From an uncultured Candidatus Saccharibacteria bacterium (GTDB taxonomy: Bacteria > Patescibacteriota > Minisyncoccia > Phycocordibacterales > UBA9973): DNA of 64,000 nt. The position numbers were made by a program, and so were the translations under genes. The stretch lies in NCBI GenBank assembly GCA_964532495.1, contig CAZHJZ010000002.1:1693-65692 (forward strand). Reading direction: 5' to 3'. The notes under the pieces were generated by a model that was not told the origin of the DNA, searched no databases, and worked only from the letters and a program-made list of their open reading frames with translations. This document shows positions 9,224 through 19,047 of the stretch, one piece after another (within the stretch, counting starts at the first letter, position 1; every line of letters begins with the position of its first letter).

Positions 9224-9262
9224 ATAAAAAAATCCGTCACGTTTTGGTAAACGTAACGGATT
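9224..9262 (-). terminator. rho-independent terminator downstream of purL
   Basis: 12-bp stem AUCCGU(U)ACGUUU/AAACGU(G)ACGGAU with UGGU loop followed by U7 on minus strand. Confidence 0.6.
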
Positions 9263-9290
9263 GTAGTAAAAATCAATTCCTCTATTTAAG

Positions 9291-12200
9291 TTAGGCTGGT
9301 ACATTCTGTTCCAACCATCTGTACATATTCTCAATGCGTAGCCTCCAAATGTGAGTTTTTATCTTTCTCCATTCTTCAGGCAGGTACGGAATATGGTTAT
9401 TAGTAGCGAATCGCTCTATGTGCGGCATTTCAAAATTAATGCGTCCATTCAGCGAACATAAGCCCGCAATGCCATACGGTGAACCGTTTGGATTGTGGGG
9501 ATAATCATCAGTTGGCTTGCCATTGTAGCCTGCATACTGAGCAGTAACCATGCCGGAATCCATCAATTTTTGGTAGTCATTTGGGTTTTCAAGCCGGAAG
9601 TTTCCTTCAGCATGAGCGCTCCATGCGGGCATAACAGCACCGCCAAGACCATTGAACAAAATTGATTTACTTTCCGGAATATATAGTGATACTGGGCGGT
9701 GTTCAAACCTGCCAGATTTGTTATGTGTCATACGAGGCGAGCCTTGAATGCCAAGTTTCGCAAAGTCTTCATCAAACAAACCTACAAGCGTTGCCCATTG
9801 CTTACCATTGCATCTGCCGTTAACAAACGTATACGGCAAGGCTATAAGATCTTTCAGAATTTTATTTAATTTTTCGTTAAACAAAAAGCTTCCAGCTAAA
9901 CCTTTGCCGCTGCCAAGCACATCTCCGTAGGAAAATCCTCCGGGAATTTCAAGGCAGTGGAAATCCAATAAATCAGGAATTTCCCCCGATTGTAGTTTAC
10001 TCAGTAGTATATGGTGTACTTCAAAACGATTTCTACCTAGCATTCCATACATATATGCTGATTCATCCTGACCGTTTGTCCCCGGTGCCGCAAGTACGGC
10101 AACCTTGAAGGTTCGTCTGGTTTCGAATGTCACCGGCATATCTGGCTGGTGCACTAGTTTGTATGTTGGTATACCTGATTTACCGCCAGCTTCGCGATAT
10201 GCGAGTCTCTCTGGTACGCCGTTCATTATTTCTATTTCACTGCCTTTTTTCAGTAGCAATTGTTGTAGTTCTACTCCCGAAGCGCTGAATACTGCGTTAT
10301 TACCGGAAGGATTTTTCTGTATATGCAATCCTGACCAGCCTACTGTTGTTTTGCCAATTGCATAAGCAGTTAAGCCAAGGTTATTGGCTAACGTAATAAT
10401 CTCTTTAGCTTTTGCGCATTCAAGCACAATACCGGCCTCCTCGTTAAACAAAAATGAAATCTCATCCACGCCATCTGGCAATGTTACTGTTATTCCATTG
10501 TTGGTTGAGAGAACCATTTTTGCAAGCGTAGTGATAAGGCCGCCCGGCTGTATAGCCATGCCTGCGGTTAGTTTTTTCTTGCGCAATAATAATTGTACAA
10601 GATTGAAGCATTTCATTGCTTCAGTAATTTTAACATCAGGCACTTTATTGCCGGTTGCATTGTAACTTTTGTAGAGAGCTCCGCCGCCCATGCGAGCTTT
10701 GCCCCCACCAAGATCAATGTATACCAGTTCTTTGTTGCCTTGTACGCTCGGTGTTATCCGTTTACGGAAATCGCTCATATGAGCACCAGCTTCTAAGATT
10801 GCTGTATCTGCTGAAGCGACAGTCTGTCCATCAAAGGTAGTTGAGAGCGAAAAACTATCTTTTCCGCCATTCGCACTTAGTTCTGATTCAACCATTGCTT
10901 CAGTTAAACTTTCAGCAGCGCTATAAAAGCGGGCTTTTCCACCTAGGGCTTTGAAGAACCACATCCAGTTAAGGCGAGTACTTATTTTTCTAGTGCCGCC
11001 AGGTATATGTGTGCATGCAAGCGTCAGCAGTAAGTTAGCCACAAGCATTCTACTAGTAGCTCTTTCGTCGATTTGCATTGCGATCGGATTGCTCCGAACG
11101 AATGTTCCAACTACAGCGCTTAGGCCAGTAAAGCCTTGCGACTGAATGCCGTATGTATTAACTGGTAGTAAGTGCACGCCATCGCGTGGCCCCTGAACTA
11201 CTTTTCCGCCTACGCTATGGTCAAAAGTGTTAACCATATAAGTAAGCAACGCAACGCTTGATAAACGAGAAACCCATTCGAAATGTTGGCGTACGCTTTT
11301 TTCCGGCAGAACATACGGCTGGAAATCTCTACGTACGGTTGTATCGGTATAGGTTTTTTGCGGCAGCTTGCCCAGTATATGTTCAAGTTCCAATCTTTCA
11401 GGTTCCCGATTATTTCCTGGCGTAGTATCAATTACGCGCAATAATCCATCACCGGTAATTTCACCTAAAATTTCATAGCCGCAGTTAAACCATTTGCAGA
11501 TCTGAATAAATAGCGGGATGTTTTCTTTTTTAATCAGTGCGCCGTAAATTTCCTGCGATTCCGCAGTCCATACCGTGCGCTGATTGAGTGTTTCAACCGC
11601 TTTGCGAATTTTCTTCAGGTCTACAAACCCTCCTACAGGTGCCATAAGTTCGGTCAGCATGTTCGAAGCACCACCCGCACCTTGATCTTCAAGGCTTTCA
11701 AGCGGATTATCTTCGAGCAATGACAGACAAAAAGTAATTACATTGGCTGCGCAGAGGCCGATCATCGGCTCGCCGCGCTGTACGCTCTTAAAATCAAGCT
11801 TGGCGTTGTTAGTGCCGGCATCCATACTCGATGCAGAACCTCCGCCAACCCCAATATCAAACGTCTTGCCGCCAAAACGCACTATCTGCATACCTACCTG
11901 TGGCACTTGTTTTTCTTTTGCACGTGCAGGTATAGAACCAATGCCACCGGTATAAATAATCGGCTTAATTGTTTCCATCCTTGAACCGTCAGGCAATTCG
12001 ATTCCAACCTCATCATTTCCAAACACAAGCGTAGGCTCTCCAAATGGATTGCCGTAGCCAGCTGCGCCTTTAATTGAGCCAGTTAAAACTGCGCGTGGAT
12101 GAGCCATGTTTTTGGGATATTTCCAGCCCGATGTGTTTTTCAACAAACCAGTTTGAAAATATATTAATCCAAAGCCTACCCATGCACCGGTTTTGATAAC

Positions 12201-13124
12201 TTTGCTGTCGCGCAATCTTCCGCCCGGTCCTGTTTTAGCTCCAGCTTCGGGGCAAAACAACGTTGGGTGGTTGTGCGTTTCAGCAGTCATTGTGTGATCT
12301 ACAAGCAAGCGAACTTTTTGGTAAACGCCTTTTACAGGCATCCATACTTCAACCCATCCTCCTGCAATCACGCCGCCGTTGTCTTTAAAGGCAACTTTGA
12401 CATTTGTGTGCTTGGATGTAAGCGTTCTTTTTACCAATTCAAACGGCGTCATTTCTTTCTGTTTTCCGTCAATAATGTACATGCCTGCAAACTCCCAGTG
12501 CCGGCAATGGCTTGAATTGCCTTGGCCAAGATGGGCAAGGGCAACCTCCGTTGGGTTTGTTTTATAAATGTTTGCAAACATATTGTAGTAATACTGTATG
12601 TCGGCAGCATCCATAGCAAGGCCAAGTTCCGTATTAGCTTTTTCTAATTCTTTGGGTCCATTGCCGAGCAAGTCATATACGATTGTCGGTTCGTATTCCG
12701 TTTGAAGAACTAACTGCCGCGGCAATTCGTTCTCGTAGTAAGTCTCACGCATTTGGTCTACCGTTCCGGCTACTAGCGATGCAACATCGCTTTTCTCGGC
12801 CAGGTAAGCTGTAAACTGTTCAATTTTCACGATGCAGTCAATGCCAGAATTGTGGCAGATAACCGTCGCCTTTTCAGACTCCGGTGTTTCAAACCGCAAG
12901 TTAGGTCCAATGAACCCAATTTGTTGGTTCCTGTTTGGCTGCATGTAGTGCGCGATATTCGTACTGTGTGATTTGGAAAAAGGATGGGGGTTGAGCAGCC
13001 AAAGAAGACGTTCAGTCTCTTGTGGTGTCGGTTCCCTCCTCACTTCTACCGCAAACGCAGTCAACGAATTCGGATGTTGAGAATTGCTGAAAAATAAATA
13101 CAAAATTTTGTTCATACGTAACAA
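9291..13124 (-). CDS. purL: phosphoribosylformylglycinamidine synthase, single-chain large type (FGAM synthetase + C-terminal glutamine amidotransferase)
   Basis: 1277 aa; ...AETHNHPT... (ETHNHP signature), duplicated PurM-like fold, C-terminal GATase with conserved Cys (NGRCNGKQ). Confidence 0.85.
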   Translation of the reverse strand: MLRMNKILYLFFSNSQHPNSLTAFAVEVRREPTPQETERLLWLLNPHPFSKSHSTNIAHYMQPNRNQQIGFIGPNLRFETPESEKATVICHNSGIDCIVKIEQFTAYLAEKSDVASLVAGTVDQMRETYYENELPRQLVLQTEYEPTIVYDLLGNGPKELEKANTELGLAMDAADIQYYYNMFANIYKTNPTEVALAHLGQGNSSHCRHWEFAGMYIIDGKQKEMTPFELVKRTLTSKHTNVKVAFKDNGGVIAGGWVEVWMPVKGVYQKVRLLVDHTMTAETHNHPTLFCPEAGAKTGPGGRLRDSKVIKTGAWVGFGLIYFQTGLLKNTSGWKYPKNMAHPRAVLTGSIKGAAGYGNPFGEPTLVFGNDEVGIELPDGSRMETIKPIIYTGGIGSIPARAKEKQVPQVGMQIVRFGGKTFDIGVGGGSASSMDAGTNNAKLDFKSVQRGEPMIGLCAANVITFCLSLLEDNPLESLEDQGAGGASNMLTELMAPVGGFVDLKKIRKAVETLNQRTVWTAESQEIYGALIKKENIPLFIQICKWFNCGYEILGEITGDGLLRVIDTTPGNNREPERLELEHILGKLPQKTYTDTTVRRDFQPYVLPEKSVRQHFEWVSRLSSVALLTYMVNTFDHSVGGKVVQGPRDGVHLLPVNTYGIQSQGFTGLSAVVGTFVRSNPIAMQIDERATSRMLVANLLLTLACTHIPGGTRKISTRLNWMWFFKALGGKARFYSAAESLTEAMVESELSANGGKDSFSLSTTFDGQTVASADTAILEAGAHMSDFRKRITPSVQGNKELVYIDLGGGKARMGGGALYKSYNATGNKVPDVKITEAMKCFNLVQLLLRKKKLTAGMAIQPGGLITTLAKMVLSTNNGITVTLPDGVDEISFLFNEEAGIVLECAKAKEIITLANNLGLTAYAIGKTTVGWSGLHIQKNPSGNNAVFSASGVELQQLLLKKGSEIEIMNGVPERLAYREAGGKSGIPTYKLVHQPDMPVTFETRRTFKVAVLAAPGTNGQDESAYMYGMLGRNRFEVHHILLSKLQSGEIPDLLDFHCLEIPGGFSYGDVLGSGKGLAGSFLFNEKLNKILKDLIALPYTFVNGRCNGKQWATLVGLFDEDFAKLGIQGSPRMTHNKSGRFEHRPVSLYIPESKSILFNGLGGAVMPAWSAHAEGNFRLENPNDYQKLMDSGMVTAQYAGYNGKPTDDYPHNPNGSPYGIAGLCSLNGRINFEMPHIERFATNNHIPYLPEEWRKIKTHIWRLRIENMYRWLEQNVPA

Positions 13125-13231
13125 TTTTTATTGGTTATGGAAATGAGTTCGAATCACAATTTATGACAGTTTGACCCAAATCTATAACACATATCACCTC
13201 ATGTCAAACGAGCGATTCCGCACAAAATAAT

Positions 13232-13267
13232 AAAAAAAATCCCACGCACAATGAAGTACGAGGGATT
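13232..13267 (-). terminator. weak terminator-like hairpin downstream of lipoprotein gene
   Basis: AAUCCC...GGGAUU stem followed by U-rich tract on minus strand. Confidence 0.3.
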
Positions 13268-13291
13268 TACGATTTTGATGAGATGAACTGA

Positions 13292-13852
13292 TTAGTTTTT
13301 CCGGGAAAACTTTTTTCCCTTAGCAACTCTTTGGCTAACTTCTAGCCTTAGATATTGTCTAAGGTCAACGAGAAGGTATGTGTACTGGCTGCGAGTGTCT
13401 GTGTAGTACACTCTTTTGTTGTAGTGGATTTTACCTATGTCTTCTTTCCAGCCGTCAGCAAGCAAAGTAAAGCGCAAGCTCGGGTCGTTAGGATTTTCTC
13501 CATAACTAAGGTAGTGGTCCTTGGTCAGTTCAAAACTGATCAAGAATTTTTTGGTAGATGGCATATATGACATCTTGCCGGGTGTAACGGTATTGATGAC
13601 AACACGGTCAACTTTTTTTCCATCAACTACTTTTATGATACCGTCAACGATGGTATCGTCCGGGGCTTTGGTAAGCTCACGGGTCAATATAACTGGTCCA
13701 GATGTATAGAATTGCATCTTCTCGAAATCTTTTTGTTCCCAGCCGTATTTGGCTCTCAGAGAGTCTGAGTAAGGAACTAAATGATGTCTGCAGCTCGAGA
13801 AAGTAGTAATGAAGATCAATGCGTAAACGGTGTTCAATGCTATTTTTTTCAT
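13292..13852 (-). CDS. putative lipoprotein (signal peptide + Cys, lipobox-like FSSC)
   Basis: Start at internal Met MKKIALNTVYALIFITTFSSC...; 186 aa; no SD, 14-bp perfect inverted repeat immediately upstream of ATG. Confidence 0.45.
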   Translation of the reverse strand: MKKIALNTVYALIFITTFSSCRHHLVPYSDSLRAKYGWEQKDFEKMQFYTSGPVILTRELTKAPDDTIVDGIIKVVDGKKVDRVVINTVTPGKMSYMPSTKKFLISFELTKDHYLSYGENPNDPSLRFTLLADGWKEDIGKIHYNKRVYYTDTRSQYTYLLVDLRQYLRLEVSQRVAKGKKFSRKN

Positions 13853-14006
13853 GATTGTTGGTTTTATCAAAAACGGCGTGACCGGCTTTGATAAAACCAA
13901 CAATATTTTTCAATGTGTGTACCTTTTATACATTATACTACTTTACAGCCTACTTGTCAATATATAAAATAAGGCCAAAAATAAGCCTAAATGCTATACT
14001 TTTCCT

Positions 14007-14915
14007 ATGCAAAATAACGATTTAGGCTATACAAAAAAGCTGTGTATTCTCCCCTTTGACCATAGGTCATATTTTGAGAATTTACTTGGATATCATGAAC
14101 CCCTTACTGAAGATCAAAAAGGCCAGCTTTCTGATTATAAAAAAATAGTATATGCAGGTTACGAAGCCTCGCTAGGACAGGGCGTATCCATGGCAGATTC
14201 TGCTATTCTCGTTGATGATGTATTTGGCTTCGATATTCTCCTCGATGCAAAAAAGAAAGGCTATACCATTCTACAAAGTACCGAGATCAGCGGTATTGAT
14301 CATTTTGAATTTGAGCACGGTGAAGCTTGGCAAGAATGGATAGAAAAAGTGAAACCAGAGTTTACTAAGGTACTTGTCAGATACAATCCCGATGGCAATC
14401 GTGAATTGAATGATAAGACATTAGGAAACTTAAAAAAACTTTCAGACTATTCGCATGCAAACGGCTACAAAATGATTAATGAAGCCCTTGTTCCTGCAAC
14501 AGAAAAACAGCTTGCAGATCTCGGAAATGACAAATCAAAATATGATCATCTACTGCGCCCAGATTTAACTGTTCGAATGATACAAGAAATGCAGGATGCT
14601 GGAACAGAACCTGATGTTTGGAAAATAGAAGGAATGTACACTGAAGCAGATTATCAAAAAGTTGTAGCGGCGGCACAGCGTGATGGACGCTCAAATGTCG
14701 GCATTATTTCTCTTGGGAGAAATGAAACTGATGAAGTAGTAGAAACATGGCTCCGGGTTGGGGCAAAAGTTCCTGGTGTCATTGGCTTCGCGGTAGGTAG
14801 AACAATTTTCCTTGCAGCGCTTTTAAACTACCGTGAAGGAACTTTCACTCGAGAACAAGCAATAGCAGAAATCGCCTCTCGATTCCTGCATTTCTATCAA
14901 GTATTCAACGGCTAA
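14007..14915 (+). CDS. class I aldolase-like protein (DhnA/LacD/DUF2090-type)
   Basis: 302 aa; N-terminal LCILPFDHRSYF resembles the (I/L)xPxDHG block of DhnA-type aldolases; adjacent to transaldolase and PfkB kinase. Confidence 0.4.
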   Translation: MQNNDLGYTKKLCILPFDHRSYFENLLGYHEPLTEDQKGQLSDYKKIVYAGYEASLGQGVSMADSAILVDDVFGFDILLDAKKKGYTILQSTEISGIDHFEFEHGEAWQEWIEKVKPEFTKVLVRYNPDGNRELNDKTLGNLKKLSDYSHANGYKMINEALVPATEKQLADLGNDKSKYDHLLRPDLTVRMIQEMQDAGTEPDVWKIEGMYTEADYQKVVAAAQRDGRSNVGIISLGRNETDEVVETWLRVGAKVPGVIGFAVGRTIFLAALLNYREGTFTREQAIAEIASRFLHFYQVFNG

Positions 14916-15764
14916 CTAAGCAAACAAGTTTTTCCAATCGCTTGCGAATTTCTCGATACCTTTATCTGTAAGGTCGTGCTGTATATTATATGAATTCCAC
15001 TCCCCTTCATTCAGGTTTTTGTACGGGATCTTTTCTTTTGGCTGCGTAGGCGCTGGAATAGTTAGTTCCGGATTGGCGACCCATTCTTTATAAATTGAGA
15101 GCGGCGCTGTAATAATATCGATTCCTCCATCTACGCATTTTTTTACATGTTCAAGATTGCGAATACTTGCTCCTAATACTGAAACATGGCTGTTCCAATC
15201 TAGATACATTCGTTTAATATTTGTAACAAGATCTGAGCCTTCGAGTCCGATGTCGTCCAATCTGCCGATAAACGGTGAAACAAAAACTTGATCGCGGGCA
15301 GCTCCTTTTGTGGCAGCATGTACGGCTGCAGCTTGTTCTTGGGAGAAACAAAGTGTCATGTTTACTCTTATTCCCTCACTCGTAAGGATCTGAGCGGTTT
15401 TTAAGCCGGCTTCAGTCGTGGGCAGTTTTACATATACGCCAGGAAACCAACTAGCCAAAATCCTTCCTTGTGCAAGCATTGTTTCGTGGGTTGTGTCGCT
15501 ATCTGCAAAAACTTCAACTGAAATGGCACCATTGGGAATAACTTCTTTAATTGCCAAAGCTACTTCTTTATATTTGTCCCATATTACCGTTTGATCCAAA
15601 GCCTTCTGTTCTTTAAGTTCAAGAATATGCGGGTTTTTTGCCACAAGTGAGGGGTTAGTTGTCTGACCATCAAGGAATCCAAGTATAGCTAGTGCTTCCT
15701 CAGTCTCAGCTGGGTTGCCGCTATCTAGGAATAATCTGGTTTGTTTGTGTTCAACTGATTTCAT
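14916..15764 (-). CDS. tal: transaldolase / fructose-6-phosphate aldolase family protein (short type with C-terminal extension)
   Basis: 282 aa; LFLDSGN, TTNPSL, VKLP motifs of TalC/FsaA family. Confidence 0.8.
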   Translation of the reverse strand: MKSVEHKQTRLFLDSGNPAETEEALAILGFLDGQTTNPSLVAKNPHILELKEQKALDQTVIWDKYKEVALAIKEVIPNGAISVEVFADSDTTHETMLAQGRILASWFPGVYVKLPTTEAGLKTAQILTSEGIRVNMTLCFSQEQAAAVHAATKGAARDQVFVSPFIGRLDDIGLEGSDLVTNIKRMYLDWNSHVSVLGASIRNLEHVKKCVDGGIDIITAPLSIYKEWVANPELTIPAPTQPKEKIPYKNLNEGEWNSYNIQHDLTDKGIEKFASDWKNLFA

Positions 15765-15810
15765 CTGGAAAGTATAGCATGACGGAATTCATATGCTAGA
15801 ATAAGCGTAT

Positions 15811-16821
15811 ATGAATGAACAAAAGATTGATTTCTTGGCAATTGGCGATGTCTTTAATGATACATTTATTGAACTTGAAGATGCTCATGTTACTTGCGAT
15901 ATAGACCATGAAGATTGCACTATTTCAATGAAATTTGGAGACAAGCTTCCATACAAGCGAGCGGAAGTAGTTCGAGGCGTGGGAAATGCTGGAAACGCGG
16001 CTACTGCTGCTAGTAGATTAGGAGTCTCTTCTGCCCTCCTCGCTATCACTGGAAATGATGATGACGGTGCAAAAATCTGGGATTATTTTGCAGAACAAAA
16101 AGTTTCGCAGTTATTTATGAGTAAAGATTCATCTTTGCCAACAAACAATGCGTATGTACTTCAGTACGGTCCCGAGCGAACAATCTTAGTAAAACAAGAA
16201 CCGTATTCATATATTGTTCCCGAAGAAACATTAGCAAGTCATATGCCAGTTTGGGTGTATCTTACATCGCTGAGCAAGAGCACTGTGGCCTTCCATCATG
16301 AGTTTATTGCTTGGCTTAAAAAAAATCCTAGTGTAAAACTTGCCTTTCAGCCTGGAACATTCCAGATGCAGCTTGGTAAGGAAGAATTGGCAGATGTATA
16401 TGCTGCTACTGATGCTTTTTTCTGCAACAAGGAAGAGGCTCAGCGTATTTTGAGTTTACCACATGCAGATTTTAAGGAACTTCATGTTGCTATGCGAAAA
16501 CTCGGACCTAAGATAGTTGTTATTACTGATGGTACAAATGGACTGACTGCTTCTGAAACAGACGAAGTAATTTGGAAATTGCCGATGTATCCAGATCCAA
16601 AGCCGCCAACCAGCCGAACAGGGGCCGGAGATGCAACTTCCTCTACTACCGTAGTTGCCCTGGGAATGGGAATGCCTCTTAAAGAAGCAATTATGTGGGG
16701 ACCAGTAAACTCTATGAATGTGGTTCAACATGTTGGCGCACAAAAAGGATTGCTTACTCGAGAAGAATTGCTCGCATGGCTCGCAAAAGCACCAGCAGAT
16801 TATCAGCCTAAAGAACTCTAA
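15811..16821 (+). CDS. PfkB-family carbohydrate kinase (ribokinase-like)
   Basis: 336 aa; N-terminal GG dipeptide region (VRGVGNAGNAA), C-terminal TGAGDA anion-hole motif. Confidence 0.8.
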   Translation: MNEQKIDFLAIGDVFNDTFIELEDAHVTCDIDHEDCTISMKFGDKLPYKRAEVVRGVGNAGNAATAASRLGVSSALLAITGNDDDGAKIWDYFAEQKVSQLFMSKDSSLPTNNAYVLQYGPERTILVKQEPYSYIVPEETLASHMPVWVYLTSLSKSTVAFHHEFIAWLKKNPSVKLAFQPGTFQMQLGKEELADVYAATDAFFCNKEEAQRILSLPHADFKELHVAMRKLGPKIVVITDGTNGLTASETDEVIWKLPMYPDPKPPTSRTGAGDATSSTTVVALGMGMPLKEAIMWGPVNSMNVVQHVGAQKGLLTREELLAWLAKAPADYQPKEL

Positions 16822-16822
16822 T

Positions 16823-17332
16823 ATGGGAATGGAAACACCAGGAGATGGAGGCAAGAAACCCGAAAAGATTCCAAACAAAATAGTAATGAGTACCACCGAA
16901 GCGATAGAGGCTGGGAAAATAATTAATTCATTAGGGACGCGAATTCGTGAAAATAGCAGCGGTAAAGAACAGGCAGTGCTTTTTTTGTTCAGACAGTATC
17001 AAGATATGCGCAAAAGCATCCTGGAGATCGAAAAGGAAATGAGGCAAATAGAAACTGAATTATCAGATCCCGATATTGTAAAAGGTGATTTATACAAGAA
17101 AGTCGAAGTAGGATTCGAAGGTGATGGTAAAGAAAAACCTGAAGATAGAGCTGCTCGCTTGGACGGAATCTATAAAGCATTGACCACTGCACGAGATGGT
17201 TTAGAAGAAACTTGTAAAGATTTTATGGAAGAAATTGAGGTGGCTCTCCCAGATGTTTTCAGTGAAATGGATAAAATGATTAATAGTGTCAGAACCCAAG
17301 AATCTGACGAAATCAATATTGGTTTAAACTAA
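16823..17332 (+). CDS. hypothetical protein (charged, coiled-coil-like)
   Basis: 169 aa from ATG 16823 immediately after kinase stop; followed by terminator. Confidence 0.35.
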   Translation: MGMETPGDGGKKPEKIPNKIVMSTTEAIEAGKIINSLGTRIRENSSGKEQAVLFLFRQYQDMRKSILEIEKEMRQIETELSDPDIVKGDLYKKVEVGFEGDGKEKPEDRAARLDGIYKALTTARDGLEETCKDFMEEIEVALPDVFSEMDKMINSVRTQESDEINIGLN

Positions 17333-17334
17333 AT

Positions 17335-17366
17335 AAAAAGCAGCTACCAAGAGTAGCTGCTTTTTA
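17335..17366. terminator. bidirectional rho-independent terminator
   Basis: AAAAAGCAGCUAC-caagag-UAGCUGCUUUUU. Confidence 0.7.
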
Positions 17367-17369
17367 TTA

Positions 17370-18374
17370 TTAGTGTGCTCCTTTTCTGTTGAGTACCTTT
17401 ACGATTGCCTCCTCGATTTTTCTCTGTCCCATTCCATAGTGTTCGATCAGCTGTTCAGGCGTTCCTGATTGGCCAAACAGGTCGTGTACGCCGATGAATT
17501 CTATGGGCACTGGGAATTGCTGGGCGAGAACCTCAGCGACTGCGCTGCCCATTCCTCCTGCTATTTGGTGTTCTTCAACCGTGACTATTGCCTTTGTTTC
17601 TTTTGCGAGAGCGATGATTGCTTCCATATCGAGCGGCTTGATGGTAGCAAGATTCATGACTTTTGTTTTAATTCCCTTTTTTTCGAGTTCGCGAGCTGCC
17701 ATCAGAGCTTTGTGAACGAGCGCTCCGGTTGCGATGACTCCGACATGCGCGATGCCATGATCCGGCTCCCAAAAGATTTGCGCCTTGCCGATCTCAAACG
17801 GTGTTTCGCTCGTTGTCATGATCGGAGTTTTTTCTCGAGCAAGACGAAGATATGTTGGCAATTCATTCTGTGCGATGGCCTGTGTGGCCTTCTCTGCCTC
17901 GATACTGTCGCATGGAGAAACGACTGACATGTTTGGGAGGACTCGCATGAGCGCGATATCTTCGATTGCTTGGTGTGTTCCGCCGTCAGGTCCGACTGAG
18001 ATGCCCGCGTGAGAGCCTACAATGACCACCTTGCGGTCGTTATACGCAATTGTGGTGCGTATCTGCTCCCAGTTTCGTCCTGGCGAAAACATCGCGTATG
18101 AGGACGCAAATGGGATCTTGCCCATTGCTGCCATTCCAGATGCAACAGTGACAAGATTCTGTTCAGCAACGCCGATTTCGATGAATCGTTCCGGGAATCG
18201 TTCTTTAAAGACATGCATTTGAGTAGATTCGGTAAGATCTGCACAGAGTGCGACAATATTCGCATCTTTTTCTCCTGCGATCTTGAGGCCAGTTCCAAAT
18301 CCTTTGCGGATCGGTACTTGCTCGACGTCATCCATGAAAAGTTTCGGGTTAAGTTTTAGTTTTGGGTTAAGCAT
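17370..18374 (-). CDS. transketolase, C-terminal section (pyrimidine-binding + C-terminal domains)
   Basis: 334 aa; ...ASGMAAMG..., split-transketolase B subunit pattern. Confidence 0.85.
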   Translation of the reverse strand: MLNPKLKLNPKLFMDDVEQVPIRKGFGTGLKIAGEKDANIVALCADLTESTQMHVFKERFPERFIEIGVAEQNLVTVASGMAAMGKIPFASSYAMFSPGRNWEQIRTTIAYNDRKVVIVGSHAGISVGPDGGTHQAIEDIALMRVLPNMSVVSPCDSIEAEKATQAIAQNELPTYLRLAREKTPIMTTSETPFEIGKAQIFWEPDHGIAHVGVIATGALVHKALMAARELEKKGIKTKVMNLATIKPLDMEAIIALAKETKAIVTVEEHQIAGGMGSAVAEVLAQQFPVPIEFIGVHDLFGQSGTPEQLIEHYGMGQRKIEEAIVKVLNRKGAH

Positions 18375-18375
18375 A

Positions 18376-18795
18376 TTAGAAAGTAAGTAATTTTAATCCT
18401 GTTTGCTCATCTTTGACCCGTTCGATGTGCGTTTCAAAATCACTGACAAAAATTTCAAGCGTCATATCTGTCACCAATTTCATGACATGACCGCCGATAG
18501 TGCTGAAGTCCTTCTTTCCGAAGACTCCATGGATATGGAAAAACGGCGCGTCATTGAGCTCAGTGATGGTTCCTGAAATGGAAAGAACTTCAAGATTTTC
18601 TTCATACGTTTTTCGTTCGTATTCTGCCTGTTCGCTGTCAAAGTAGCCGAGCTCAACTTCTCGCGCCATGCCGATGCCTGAGATATGGCCGGATTGGATC
18701 TGGTGCTGGAGCGCAAAAATATCCAGGGCTTGATAGAGCTCTTCCCCTTGATCGAGACGTATGAGGAAACCTTTTGGAACGCGTTTAGTTGTCAT
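18376..18795 (-). CDS. PPC-domain (DUF296) protein
   Basis: 139 aa; DUF296/PCC-type fold pattern; inserted between transketolase halves. Confidence 0.5.
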   Translation of the reverse strand: MTTKRVPKGFLIRLDQGEELYQALDIFALQHQIQSGHISGIGMAREVELGYFDSEQAEYERKTYEENLEVLSISGTITELNDAPFFHIHGVFGKKDFSTIGGHVMKLVTDMTLEIFVSDFETHIERVKDEQTGLKLLTF

Positions 18796-18797
18796 GA

Positions 18798-19046
18798 TTA
18801 TTTACTCAAGTGCTTAGCAAGCTTATAAAAGACGAATGAAAGGATGATCGAACCAGCTAGTATTGCAAACGGAATGTAATTAGCATACGGAGCAGAAGCC
18901 ACCAGGGTCGGACAAACGTTGCTGCCCCATATGTTATTGCAGGCCGCAGGATTAAGAATATCTATAACTATGCGGAGAAACCACAATGCGGTTGCGATAA
19001 AAAAAAGTGAAAGAAAATATGAAATGAAAGAGAGAAGTTTTTTCAT
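18798..19046 (-). CDS. small membrane protein
   Basis: 82 aa, 2-3 predicted TM helices. Confidence 0.35.
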   Translation of the reverse strand: MKKLLSFISYFLSLFFIATALWFLRIVIDILNPAACNNIWGSNVCPTLVASAPYANYIPFAILAGSIILSFVFYKLAKHLSK

Positions 19047-19047
19047 G

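Noticed and set aside
9748-12567. Multiple 60-95-aa plus-strand ORFs antisense to purL
   Set aside because: Embedded in a well-supported 1277-aa CDS on the other strand. No start context. Compositionally typical of antisense frames.
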